Assembly: GCF_006345805.1 (NCBI RefSeq)
Contig: NC_043022.1
Location: 18,476,001 to 18,540,000 of the forward strand
Direction: 5' to 3'
DNA from: Octopus sinensis
Taxonomy: Eukaryota
Length of the DNA: 64,000 nt
Shown here: in pieces, positions 50,895 to 64,000 of the stretch
Position numbering within the stretch: the first letter of the stretch is position 1
How the letters are laid out: each line of letters opens with the position of its first letter
Position numbers and translations under genes: made by a program
Notes under the pieces: generated by a model
Database searches by the model: none
Told to the model about the DNA's origin: nothing
What the model saw: only the letters and a program-made list of their open reading frames with translations

Positions 50895-51209
50895 TTTAAG
50901 CCAAACTTAATCCTTATCTGAATGATGGCGGAATTCAAAGCATCACGTGCAGTATTTATCTTATATTTCTTTCTCATCTTTTTGTTGTTTCAGTCAATTG
51001 GACTCAGACCATGCTGGGGCACCGTCTTGAAGTGTTTTGTCGAATAAATAAATCGCCCCCCAGAACTCTTATGTTTTTACAGTTTGATACTTACTCCATC
51101 GGCATCTTTTGCCGAACCTCTAAGTTACATGGTCGTAAACAAATCAGCGCTGGTTGTCAAACGGTGGTCGGAGGACAAGCAGAAAGCCACACACGCGCAC
51201 ACACTATTA

Positions 51210-51273
<64 letters not shown>

Positions 51274-52021
51274 ACACATGCACACACACAAACACACACA
51301 CACACTCTCACTTATATATATATATATATATCTATATATATACATTAAATAAGAAGACAAATGGGTTTAAGATTCGTTACAGCTGTTTCATACACATTTT
51401 TATTGATCAAAATATCGATTACTTCATGAAAAAACTTTTAAAAAATGTTTTCTTCAGGTGATTAAAAATTGTTTCGGAGAAAAAATACAAGATATCGATT
51501 GGCCCTTTTCATCGTTGAAGAAATGTGTTTGTATATGGTATATACACGTATGTGTTGAAATCTATCCTTTCCTGGTGTCCTGAATGTTAAAATACCTTGA
51601 CTCAAATGAGCCCTACAATGAAATTAATATATACAACGGACGTTCACAGTTTCCGTCTGCTAAATTCATCCACAAGTTATTAAGCTTCCTGGAGCTATAA
51701 TAGAAGACACTTACCTAAGGTGCCGCGCATTGGGACTGAACCGGAAACCATATAGTTGCAAAGGGAAATTCTTAACCACGGGACCATGGTTCCTAAAATG
51801 TCGTCATTGATGTTGGCAGTGGTGGTATTCAAGTTATTGCTCTTAACAACTGGTCTTTTTTTATAGAAATAATGTGTCTAAGATTAAATTCTTTGCCTGT
51901 AGCCCAAGGAAACCTCGAACGAGCGAAGCTCGGGGGAAATAGAGAGAGCGAGAGAGACAGACAGACAGAGAAAGAGACAGTATATTAAAGTGGAATAGCG
52001 TACGTCTAACTATAAGAAATA

Positions 52022-52229
52022 TATTTCTTTACTACCCACAAGGGGCTAAACACAGAGGGGACAAACAAGGACAGACAGATGGATTAAGTCGATTACATCG
52101 ACCCCAGTGCGTAACTGGTACTTAATTTCTCGACCCCGAAAGGATGAAAGGCAAAGTCGACCTTGGCGGAATTTGAACCCAGAACGTAACGGCAGACAGA
52201 ATACGGCTACGCATTTCGCCCGACGTGCG
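52022..52229 (-). mobile_element. SINE A, slightly 5'-truncated
   Basis: Family A sequence; flanking repeat taagaaata. Confidence 0.88.
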
Positions 52230-52349
52230 TAAGAAATAGCCACCAAACCCCTTTAAATCATACGAAGGAGAGAGAGAGAGGGGGGAGTATCTTCAAAGTT
52301 TTGGCTTACTGACCGTCATTAGATAGACAGATACAAAGATCAACAGGGA

Positions 52350-52745
52350 ATAGATAGATAGACATTTAGATAGATATTTAGATAGATAGATAAATATTTA
52401 GATAGATAGATAGATAGATATTTAGATAGATATTTAGATAGATAGATAAATATTTAGATAGATAGATAGATAGATAGATATTTAGATAGATATTTAGATA
52501 GATAGATAAATATTTAGATAGATAGATAGATAGATAGATAGATATTTAGATAGATAGATAGATATTTAGATAGATATTTAGATAGATATTTAGATAGATA
52601 GATAGATATTTAGATAGATATTTAGATAGATAGATAGATATTTAGATAGATAGATAGATATATTTAGATAGATAGACAGATAGATAGATAGATAGAATGA
52701 TAGATAGGTAGGTAGGTAGGTAGATAAGTAGGAAGATAGATAGAT
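52350..52745. repeat. (GATA)n-derived satellite with tattta interruptions
   Basis: Directly visible. Confidence 0.95.
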
Positions 52746-53099
52746 GGATTTTAAGTACATGCAGATAAGGTTGATGTAGGCCATTGATTCCTCCATTTAG
52801 GTTAAAAGGGTTTTGGCATGGGCAGTAGTATTATGGGATTAGCAGAGCTTAGAGAAGCAGATCTTGCCGGATATGGCCAACATGGGGTGGGAGGATTAGC
52901 AATAACAACAACAACAATACCATTATTGTAACACGATTAGATACGCCCACAATGCAGGTATATCATATACACCCATACACTCACCTCGTATACATACACA
53001 CGCATATTCATTTATTCAAATTTATAGCTGTCTACCTCATACATATACATGTATAAATCAAGGCTTAACATTCTGAATAAACACACACACACGCACACA

Positions 53100-53158
<59 letters not shown>

Positions 53159-53320
53159 GGCGCAGGAGTGGCTGTGTGGTAAGTAGCTTGTTTACCAACC
53201 ACATGGTTCCGGGTTCAGTCCCACTGCGTGGCACCTTGGGCAAGTGTCTTCTGCTATAGCCCCGGGCCGACCAATGCCTTGTGAGTGGATTTGGCAGATG
53301 GAAACTGAAAGAAGCTGTCG

Positions 53321-53358
<38 letters not shown>

Positions 53359-53592
53359 ATAATTATATATATGCGTGTGTGTTTGTTGTGTGTCTGTGTT
53401 GTCCCTGACATTGCTTGACAACCGTTGCTGGTGTGTTTATGAACCCGTTACTTAGCGGTTCGGCAGAAAGAGATCAAAAGAATAAGTACTGGGCTTGCAA
53501 AAGAATAAGTCCCGGGGTCGAGTTGCTCGATTAAAGGCGGTGCTCCAGCATGGCCGCAGCCAAATGACTGAAACAAGTAAAAGAGTAAAGAG
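53159..53592 (+). mobile_element. SINE family B, full length (an older copy follows at ~53690-53975)
   Basis: Family B sequence. Confidence 0.92.
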
Positions 53593-53975
53593 TATACATA
53601 TATGTATATGACATAGCCATATATTTTGTGCACGTATAAACATACATATAAGTTTATACATACGCATATGTATATAATATATATAATACAGACGTGGCTG
53701 TGTGGCAAGCTTGCTTCTCGACCCCATACTTCCCGGTTCAGTCCCGCTGGCCGGCTCCTTGCGCTAGTGTCTACTACAATAGTCTCGGGCCGACCAAAGC
53801 CTTGTGAATGGATTTTGTAGACGGAAACTGAAAGTAACCACTCATGTATATGCGTGTGAGTGTGTGCGCGAACGTGCGTGCGTGTGTGTGTGTTTGTATC
53901 TCCTAACACCGCTTGACAAGTGGTGTTAGTGTGTTTACGTTCCCGTAATATACGGGTTCGTGAACATAAGACCGA

Positions 53976-55105
53976 TATAAACTAATGCACGCTGCTTGAC
54001 CCATCTATTGACTTCGATACCCTGGCTCTAAACACAATTCTCAGAGGATGAAGAATTTCAGATAAGAGATTTTAAGCTTTCAACTTGCTACTTCTTTCAT
54101 TGTATTTTTGCGAGTATCATCACCATAAACCCATATTATTTTCTCGTTCTGTCGAGGTCTTTTCATCTTAAACCCTAGCTCACGCATTTCCTTTATTTGT
54201 GACATATTCTTTCAATCATAAAAATTTATCACACGATCACACTGTCTTTCTTCTCTTATCTTGCATTTCTCCAGATCCCGGAACCATTTCTCCAGATCCC
54301 GGAACCATTCCCCAGCTTGTACAGACACACCATACACCGGCTCATCTATCGGCCTTCACTCAGTCTATTTAATTCCTACAGTGTATGCCTATCTATCTAC
54401 CTATCTATCTAGCTATCCATCTATCTATCTATCTATCGGGCTTTTCTGTCTCTTAATTTCTAGCCCATCGTTGGCAGTTCGCTGCGGTTCGTTGTCGTGT
54501 CGTGTCTCCCCTCTCTTTCTCACTATGTGTCCCCCCTCTCTCTCTCTATCGACCGCCACTCTGTGTCTATATCTCACGCTCTTTCGATTACCCCCCGCCT
54601 AGCCAAGACTCCCTACTTCCTACTTCCCTCCCTCCACAGCTTTCTTCATCCTGTATAAACTAATGCACACTGCTTGACCCATCTATTGACTTCGATACCC
54701 TGGCTCTAAACACAATTCTCAGAGGATGAAGAATTTCAGATAAGAGATTTTAAGCTTTCAACTTGCTACTCCTTTCATTGTATTTTTGCGAGTATTATCA
54801 CCATAAACCCCTATTATTTTCTCGCTGTTCTCTCTTTCCGTCTTACTGTCGATGTCTTTTCGTCTTCAATCCCAGCTCACGCATTTCCTTAATTTGCGAT
54901 AGATTCTTTCACTCATGAAAATTTATCACACGATTACACAATCTTTCGTCTCTAATCTTGTCTTTCTCCAAATCCCGGAACCATTCCTCCCGCGAGTACT
55001 GACCCCGCCACCCACTGGATCATCTATCGGCCTTCACTCTGTCTATTTAATTCCTACACTATATGCCTATCTATCGGCCTTTTCTGTCTCTTAATTCCTA
55101 GCCCA
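53976..55105. repeat. Tandem duplication of an unclassified sequence, 678-bp period
   Basis: tataaactaatgcac.ctgcttgacccatc at 53976 and 54654. Confidence 0.85.
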
Positions 55106-55352
55106 TGGTTGCCAATTTCCGGCGGTACGCCCTCCCGTCCCTCCCACACCCTCTACTTGTACCGGAAGTCCTCATCTCGTCCTCCTTTGCTTGTCTCCCA
55201 TAAATCCCTGAAAGCCTCACGCCAACCCCACCCCTACTATATAAGGTATTGATCATACAATGCAAAACATGATAGTGTAGTGTAAGTAGGTTGAACTTAA
55301 GATCATCGTTTGCTTGTGAAATCTGCCAAATGCGAGCTCTCTTTTCAGGTAC

Positions 55353-56000
55353 ATGACGCCACTGTCCCCGTCCCAGGGTCCCTAGGGCCCATACCCCCAC
55401 ACCCTCAGGGTTGGCACTCTGAACGTCGGCACACTGAAAGGTAGGTCTGGTGAGACTGTTGAGATGCTTGAACGGAGATGTGCCGATACGTGCTGCATCC
55501 AAGAACTTTGGTGGAGAGGAGGTTCTGCTAGGTTCCTCACAGGCAAAGAACACAGGTACAAGATTTTCTGGGCAGGGAACACTGATGGGGTTGGGGGTAT
55601 GGGCATACTTCTCGCGGAGAAATGGGTAGATAAAGTAATTGAGGTAGTCAGAGTATGCGACAGAATACTTAAGATTAGATTAGTGCTCCATCATTGGTTA
55701 GCAACCATTATCTCGGCCTATGCCCCTCAGCCAGGGCTACCTGATGGACAGAAAGACCGATTCTATGACACCCTCTTGCAGACTATCGCGTTGACGAATG
55801 ACAGGGACCTTCTCTTTGTGGCTGGCGACTTCAATGGACATGTTGGACAACATGTCGAGGGCTTCCATGGCATACATGGAGGCTACGGTTTTGACTCTCG
55901 GAATGAGGAGGAAACCAGGCTACTGGAGTTCTGTGACGCAAATGATCTTATGGTTTGCAACACTAACTTCAGAAAACCTGCCAGCCACCTAGTCACCTAC
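55353..56000 (+). mobile_element. RTE-clade LINE 5' fragment encoding the apurinic-like endonuclease (APE) domain
   Basis: LRVGTLNVGTL, CCIQE, GMGILL, IISAYAPQ, VAGDFNGHVG, YGF.SRNEE..RLLEFC, NTNFRK..HLVTY; ATG at 55353, in-frame TAG at 55383; breaks into a SINE B tail near 56001. Confidence 0.92.
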
Positions 56001-56239
56001 CTTTCAAGGAGTTGCCCCAGCATGGCCGCAGTCCAATGATTGAAACAATTAAAAGACAAAAGATACCCGCACATACACATATGAGAGCAAACATATATAT
56101 ATACATATATATACATATATATACATGACAAACATGCAAACACACTAATACACAAGTATGATAACTCGTTTACACGCAAACACAAGCCTATTCTCGCGCG
56201 CTCACAACACACACACACACACATGATTACATTCATATA

Positions 56240-56472
56240 TATTTCTTATTGCCCACAAGGGGCTAAACATAGAGGGGACAAACAAGAACAGACACATGGA
56301 TTAAGTCGATTACATCGACCCCAGTGCGTGAATGGTACTGTATTTATCGATGCCGGAAGGATGAAAGGCAAAGTCGACTCGGCGGAATTCGAACTCAGAA
56401 CGTCGTAGCGGCAGACGAAATACTGCTAAGCATTTCGCCCGGCGTGCTAACGTTTCTGCCAGCTCGCCGCCT
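56240..56472 (-). mobile_element. SINE A monomer
   Basis: Family A sequence with head. Confidence 0.9.
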
Positions 56473-56647
56473 TCAAAATAGACATATACATTTACGTGCA
56501 TACGTACAAACACAATAACACACACTTGTGTGCATATGCATGCGTGTACGACGTACATGATAACACACACACATTCACACACTCGTATAGTGATACACAC
56601 GAAGATATACTTGTATACACTTACACATAGATATGCAATACTTACAC

Positions 56648-57050
56648 GGCGCAGGAGTGGCTGTGTGGTAAGTAGCTTGCTAACCAACCACATGGTTCCG
56701 GGTTCAGTCCCACTGCGTGACACCTTGGGCAAGTGTCTTCTACTATAGCCTCGGGCCGACCAAAGCCCTGTGAGTGGATTTGGTAGACGGAAACTGAAAG
56801 AAGCCCGTCGTATATGTGTATATATGTGTATGTGTGTGTGTGTTTGTGTGTCTGTGTTTGTCCCCCTAGCATTGCTTGACAACCGATACTGGTGTGTTTA
56901 TGTTCCCGTTACTTAGCGGTTCGGCAAAAGAGACCGATAGAATAAGTACTGGGCTTACAAAAGAATAAGTCCCGGGATCGAATTGCTCGATTAAAGGCGG
57001 TGCTCCAGCATGGCCGCAGTCAAATGACTGAAACAAGTAAAAGAGAGAGA
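56648..57050 (+). mobile_element. SINE family B, full length
   Basis: Family B sequence. Confidence 0.92.
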
Positions 57051-57194
57051 GTATACTTTCATAAATACACGTACACACAAAGCCACGCATACGCTTATGT
57101 GTTTGTATGTGTGTGTACGTTTTTGTATGTATGTGTATTGAGTGTGTCTGTGTTGAGTATGTATGTATGCAAATCTTCAATGTCTGTGTGCTGT

Positions 57195-57479
57195 ATGCGT
57201 ATGTGTGTGTGTGTATGTCTTTAAGTGTGTGCGCGTGTTTTTACTGAGTGTTTCTGTACTTCGAGTGTTTATGTGCATCTGTGTACGTGTATGCTGAGTA
57301 TGTGTCTATACATTGAATGTTTACGTGTGTGTAAGTACGTGTGTGCGTGTGTGTGTGTGTGTGGTTTTGTGCACTTCTAAGTGTGTATATATTGAGTGTT
57401 GTATACGTTGCGTATGTGTGTGTGTTTACGTATGAATGGATATGCTTGTGAGTCTATGGATGTGTTTGAATGTGTGTTA

Positions 57480-57520
<41 letters not shown>

Positions 57521-57838
57521 TGGTGTGTTGAGAGTTGTGAACGCTGTGTGTATCTATGTATGTGGTGTGTGTGTGTATGTCTTTAAGGTGTGCGCGTGTT
57601 TTACTGAGTGTTTCTGTACGTCGAGTGTTTATGTGTATCTGTGTACGTGTATGCTGAGTATGTGTCTATACATTGAATGTTTACGTGTGTAAGTACGTGT
57701 GGTGCGTGTGTGTGGTGTGGTGGTTTTGTGCACTTCTAAGGGTGTATATATTGAGTGTTGTATACGTTGCTTATGTGTGTGTGTTTACGTATGAATGGAT
57801 ATGCTTGTGAGTCTATGGATGTGTTTGAATGTGTGTTA

Positions 57839-57871
<33 letters not shown>

Positions 57872-57915
57872 TGAGAGTTGTGAACGCTGTGTGTATCTAT
57901 GTATGTGTGTGTGTG
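57195..57915. repeat. Tandem duplication of a TG-rich ~360-bp unit
   Basis: actgagtgtttctgtac at 57243 and 57603. Confidence 0.9.
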
Positions 57916-58050
57916 TGTGTATGTTTTGTGTTGTATAGATGTCTATATTTGTCTTTGTATGTGTATGCTTTAGGCGTTGTATAGATGTATTTCTATATTT
58001 GCATGCATATGTGCGTGCGGCTGTGTGTGTGTGTGTGTGTGTGCGTGCGG

Positions 58051-58096
<46 letters not shown>

Positions 58097-58509
58097 TTTC
58101 GGAAGTGTTGCTGCAATATCTGCTTGTTGGTATGATTCTGTATGTGTATGCATTTATTTGTATGTGTGTATGTTGTGTGTATTTAACTGTGTGTGTGTGA
58201 GTGTGTATGTATTCAGAACGTATTTGTTGCCGTATTTATGTATATGTGTGTGTGTGTGTGTGTGTGTAGATTACATTGTGTGTGTGTGTGCGTGTGTGTG
58301 TGTGTTCAGAACGTGGTTGTTGCTATATCTGCTCCACCATATTTCCAACTGCCATTGTGTAAGACAGAAATCACTGAGGTGTGTTGTGGAAGTATCAATG
58401 GTTACGCTCTAATAAACACCGAAACAACAACAGAAGGGGGACTAGGAGGAGGAGGAGGAGAGAGTGAGAGGAGGCAGGAAGAAGGGGAACAACGGTAACA
58501 ACAACAACA

Positions 58510-58543
<34 letters not shown>

Positions 58544-59316
58544 ATAATAATAATAATAATAATGATGATGATGATGATGATACCACCGCTCTTAATATTA
58601 ATAGTAACGGAAACATCAGTAGTAAAGATGATGGTAAAGGAGAAAAATAACTGTAGCAACAGCTCTTACTACTGTTGCTGTTGCTGTGAGCATCTGACAA
58701 GACCGACGTGCCCTCCACCCACGAAACTTGAAGTAATGCAGGGCTCAGGCAAACTGTTATTAAATACGTTAACTCCTACCAAATATGTTGAATGCTATTT
58801 TCGTTCACTCGTGTGTGTGTGTGTGGTGTGTGTGTGTGTTGGCTTATTCTGGACAGGTAGATAAAAATCCTGGAAATTACTACTCAAATTTCGAAAGTAA
58901 TAGAGTAGAGAATGCAACAGGTAACTTACCTGTCCAGGTTGAACAAATACGAAGAACTTATTCGAATTCTCCTCTATCTCCTCATGGATGTTACAGTATG
59001 AACTTTCAGGATTTATATCTTTCTGTGAGGAACCACTTTGAACTTTCTCTCTCCTGATTCTCCAGTTTTTCTGCTAAATTTATATTCAATTCTATATTCA
59101 CTTCTGAGTTAATGTGTTATAGATGATTTGATACCTTTGCGACTACCTCTCTTCTATTTTATACCATTAAATTTTCATAAGCTCAACCGATACATTACCG
59201 ATAGCCAACTCCTATTTGCTCTAATTCCGTAACCCTTCGCCTGGCATTGGATTTTTGATTCTTAGTCCGGTCTGAGCACATATCGTCTGTATCTATCGCA
59301 AGCCACTTTTTGACGG

Positions 59317-59372
<56 letters not shown>

Positions 59373-59569
59373 CCATAAGAGATATCAATCTGGGCAAACA
59401 ATATTGTTTTTACTGGTAAAGAACTCCACGTATTCTGGTGGTAGGGGCCGAGCTTATAGATCATTACCCTTCTATATTATAAATCTATGGTTGTCTTCCC
59501 AATTATACTGACTTTTCTCAAAATATACAACTGTTCTTACGAGGAATAAAACTGAGTCGCCACGTTAAA

Positions 59570-59732
59570 TAGTTGCAGGCATGTCTAAGTCGTTAAGTGG
59601 TTTCGAGTTTAGCACCATTGTGTGACAGTCTGGTATCTTACAATATAGTCCAGAGTCGGTCGATGCCTTGTGGGTGAATTTTGTGGAGGGAAACTGAAGA
59701 AGTCCGCCGTGTACGTACATACATGTGTGTGT

Positions 59733-59766
<34 letters not shown>

Positions 59767-59970
59767 CGTCCACCACACTATTTCACAACCTGTTTAGGTT
59801 TGTTTTCTTGCACGTAACTTACCGGTTCTGCAATAGAACCTCAAGTATGAGACTTGAAAAACAGCATAGATACTGGGGTTGATTTTGTTCCTAGTAAAAA
59901 AAAAAAACTTTCAACCTGTGCCCCAGCATGGTCGTAGTTCAGTGGCGGAAATAATTACAAGATAAAAGTT
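59570..59970 (+). mobile_element. Highly diverged SINE B-like copy
   Basis: gccttgtgggtgaattttgtggagggaaactgaag...(TG)n...gccccagcatggtcgtag. Confidence 0.6.
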
Positions 59971-61509
59971 ATAGAATAACATTGGAAAAGCGTTAATGAG
60001 AGAAGAATTATCAAAATTAAGAAATGGTTGAAGAATATGTGACGGTGAGACAGAAATCAAATTTCCAGACGCGGCTGTGGGCGCAAGAAACTTGACCCCC
60101 CCTCCCCGCTATTATTTAGTGTCGGATTTAGTCCCACTGTGTGGGACCTAGGACAGAGTCTTTTACTGTTGGTCTACTCACATCTTCGTTACTCAGCTGT
60201 TCAGTAAAGAGACTGGTAGAGTGAGTACCAGTCTTTTTTTTTACAAATAAAACGTATTGGTGTTGATCTGTTCGACCAAAACCCTTCAAGACATTGCCCC
60301 AGCATGGCCGAAGGTCAGTGACTGAAACACGTAAATGATAAAAGAAGTTAATTGGTAGAGAATTATGGTGGAAATTTCGACCATACAAAGATAACCTGCT
60401 GAAGACACGACCAGTAAGCCACGAGTTGATGTCAGTTCAATATGGCTGACTTTAATGAAAAATAAACTTAAATCACTTCAAAAGTGACATTTTTAATATA
60501 TTTGCATTAGTGGGAATAGAGGATCAACGCGACAATAATTATTGGTACATACATACATACACATACACATATGTACACATTTACATAAATACACATGTAC
60601 ATATATTCACACATACATACATACATACATACATACATACATACATACATACATACCCACACATACACATGTACACATTTACATAAATACACATGTACAT
60701 ATATTCACACATACATACAAACATACAAAGATGCAAACGTACATTCATACATCCACCGCGTGCGTACATATATTTATACACTCACACATGCATACATGAA
60801 AAGGACATTTAATTTATTCTTAATTTAACCTCGACCTTTCTCTCCATAAATCTTCGAACTAACCAACAGGACCGAGTCTAACACTAATTGCGATTTATTT
60901 GATATAAAAAAAAAGTAATAAATAAAAGAAAAGGAAAGAAAATGGAGAAAAAAATTAAAAAAAAAAAACAAAACCAAAATCACAAGCAAACGATTTTGAT
61001 CAGATTTAATTTTTGTTTTTGAGGTTAGATCCATAGATCGATAAACGATCAATCCCACATGACATAATCGAAGTAGAGAAAAAAATAAAATCAAAATTAG
61101 CTATATTGAATGCCAGTTCGGAAGATTCACCGTTTGAAACAGCATAGCATAGCATAGCATATCCACTATCCTTAACAACAACAAGAGCAATAATAATTTC
61201 TTTTATTGGCCACAAGGGCCCATGAGATTGAGTACAACATCAAACGACGAAATGCAACCCAAAAGGTGAGATTTACAACGATCAAGAGAAAAAAAAACAA
61301 GGATATAACAACAACAACAACAATAATAATAATAATAATATTTGTTTCAAATTTTAGCTCAAAACAAACAATTGGAGAAGGGGGTGGTCGATGACATCGA
61401 TCACGTTATTTGAATAGTATTTTATTTTATCGAACACGCAGGGATGAAAGGCGAAGTCGACCTCGGCGGAATTTGAACTCATAGCAAAAAGAGCTGCTAG
61501 AAATATATA

Positions 61510-61741
61510 TTTCTTTATTGCCCACAAGGGATTAAACATAGAGGGGACAAACATGGACAGACAAACGGATCAAGTCGTTTACATCGACCCCATTGCGTAA
61601 CTGGTACTTAATTTATCGACCCCGAAAGGATGAAAGGCAAAGTCGACCTCGGCGGAATTTGAACTCAGAACGTAACGACAGACGAAATACGGCTACGCAT
61701 TTCGCCCGGCGTGCTAACGTTTCTGCCAGTTCGCCGCCTTC
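61510..61741 (-). mobile_element. SINE A monomer next to an older A2 remnant (~61340-61482)
   Basis: agctgctagaaatatat repeated on both sides (TSD). Confidence 0.9.
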
Positions 61742-61759
61742 AGCTGCTAGAAATATATC

Positions 61760-63400
61760 GTCAACGAACCCTCGATGGAAATTAAGAGATGTTTTCCCCA
61801 CCCCACTTCCACCACCACTACCCGATGGTATTGTCCATCTGATCGAGTTCTGTGGAGAGCTTAACAACATTCTAGTTGCCAAACACTCATCGATCTATGT
61901 TTGATTCACGTTTGCGGCTCGAATAAATAGAAAAAACTGCAGCAAGACGTGTCGCACGTAAGTCGCCTACGGCAGTCTGCTATTATTTTCGTCCTTATCG
62001 TGAAAATTGCTGTGCGCCAGATATGTCTTCGGGTGCACCAGCATCAGAGCGTGTCGACGCATCATCATAAAAGGCATCCTGAGATCACCATGGAATGAGC
62101 TTTGGTAGGAGATGGACTTCTTAACCAGCAGAACACGTCTCTTCCACATGAAGCAGAAATGCATTCGCTCTAGTTTGTTTAGATACTCGTTGGGTCAAGA
62201 TTCAACGGTTAGGTACAGTACACAGACGTGGCAATGTAGGTAGACAGTAGCATCTGCTAGACTTTTCGAAGACAACTTCCTCTCGGCCCATTTTTTAGTG
62301 TGACTGGCTGCCTTGAAGCAAACTCGCCCGGGTTCTCGTTTGCTTGGAAGTTTGGTCTAAATCAGACTCCAGGCACCTTAACTGAGCCTTCGGTCCAGTA
62401 AGAGAACCCGCCACTGAGCAACATGATATTGTCTCTCCAAATGCCAAGTTATTACCCCACCGACCTGTCCCAATTGATGCGTGCTCCTGCATAATTTTGA
62501 TACTCCTCTACTATAATTTCGACCGCTTCTGTATCCTAAATGTCCAACACGATGACAATGGCTTCGTCTACGCAGTTCACCTTTAACCTAGTTCGAACTA
62601 GATACTCCTCGCTCTTTCCATTTTCTGCAGCAATGGCCCCAGAATCAAACCAATGTCACCATTACACCATCTCATCACTGAATGCAACAACGGCACCAAT
62701 AACAACAAGGACCACCAACACAATCACCGAACTGGCGGATTACGAGTTCGATACCAAATGAATCCGAAAAGTGGCTTTTCAATTTGACCACCGAATAGAT
62801 GCCACTGTACATTGGACTGATGAATTGCTCTTATAGCTTCCAGATATTGATCATCCACCCTATCGAATCCTTTGTACTCATCCAAAATGCCAAATGCCTC
62901 GCCAAAGCCAGATTTATTCCCGACCATTCAATAATTTATCACAAGAGATCGAAATTGTTCTGGATTGATCTACTGGAAATCACATGGTTTTTCGAGTCTC
63001 CGACTACACTACCTCCAAGTGCCAGCTTCCTGGCGAACGCGAGCCTCTTGGACACCGCAAGCTTCTTGCAAAGATCTTTAAATTTATGTTGAGCAGAAAT
63101 AAAGTTCATAGAGTTCTCTATCAGTTGTCTTTTGTATGGATCCTTCCTCAGCAGTGTCACCGTCCCTCAGCACACTTGAATGGAATGCTTCTAGTCTAGT
63201 GCCAGCTGCAGTAGACGGATGCTAAGCACTAGAACGAATAAGTTTTGCATGCGGAAAATATAGCTCATGAGGAAGGATATCCAGCCCGGGTGATTTGCAT
63301 CGTACCGCGCTCGACACAGCAGCTAAGAACATCTGACATTCCATCAGCTGAAAACGACTTTTCTCAGCCTTCTGTCCACACGCAACAGCTCGAGAATTGT
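61760..63400 (-). mobile_element. Decayed Tx1/L1-like LINE reverse-transcriptase region
   Basis: ILDEYKGFDRVDDQYL (D..KAFDRV motif), degenerate YADD (CVDEA), HFCFMWKRRVLLVKKSI...GDLRMP...RRHAL; many stops. Confidence 0.7.
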
Positions 63401-63804
63401 ATCAGACCGCGCTAGTAGTGGTGGTGGTTGTGGTGGTGGTGGGAACGACTGGTACTTATTTTATCAAGTATGGATGGGTGGGTGGGTGGGTTAAAAGTAG
63501 AAGCTGACTCCACCGAAAATTGAGCTTCCTGATGTCAAACACTGTGTTTTAGTTCGGTGCTCTACATATTTGGTTACCCAGTCACTCTCCTGCTCCGTAC
63601 TACAACCACCAAGAACAACTACAGTCGTCATCACCGCCGAAACTACCATCACCACCACCACCAACAACAATAACAACAACCATAACACCCCGTCATCACA
63701 CTTTACAATCACCACCACTACTAACCATTATCCCAGCGGTGATGGTTACTACTACTACTACTACTACTACTACCATTACAGTACTACTGTTATCACTGCT
63801 GCTA

Positions 63805-64000
63805 CTCTTTTACTCTTTTACTTGTTTCAGTCATTTGACTGCGGCTATGCTGGAGCACCGCCTTTTAGTCGAGCAAATCAACCCCAGGACTTATTTTTTT
63901 GTAGGCCTAGTACTTATTCTATAGGTCTCTTATGCCGAACCGCTAAGCTACGGGGACATAAACACACCAGCATCGGTTGTCAAGCGATGTTGGGGGCGAC
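63805..64000 (-). mobile_element. SINE family B 3' half, runs off the window
   Basis: ctcttttactcttttacttgtttcagtc...catcggttgtcaagc. Confidence 0.9.

Noticed and set aside
57195-57915. Biologically meaningful duplication
   Set aside because: The copies differ mainly by small indels in TG tracts; slippage or assembly error is sufficient.
58850-58937. Small exon or MITE (ctggacaggta / tacctgtccag)
   Set aside because: Only an 11-bp inverted match; the apparent splice sites arise from the repeat itself and there is no TSD.

Overview
AT-rich, repeat-saturated animal genomic DNA with one 100-N scaffold gap (48185-48284). The SINE families and very dense microsatellites suggest an octopus (inference from recalled repeat families, not a search). 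I found no intact host gene, rRNA, true tRNA or CRISPR array. Nearly all ORF-track entries are microsatellite or SINE read-throughs. The window is a nest of mobile elements. There are at least four tRNA-headed SINE families (my labels A-D) and LINE fragments of the CR1, RTE/BovB-like, Tx1/L1-like and three restriction-like-endonuclease (RLE) types. It also holds a decayed Tigger/pogo transposon, mariner, pogo and hAT MITEs, Helentron-like ends, Penelope-like hammerhead remnants, and a 1.5-kb Gypsy-type relic with a tRNA-Trp primer-binding site. The most unusual signal is SINE family A forming head+(body)n chains with essentially the same junction at five separate loci. In three of them the 3'-most unit is an older variant, which suggests a self-targeting or template-jumping amplification mechanism. 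All coordinates were read by eye; element ends are approximate unless a target-site duplication (TSD) or terminal inverted repeat (TIR) is quoted.
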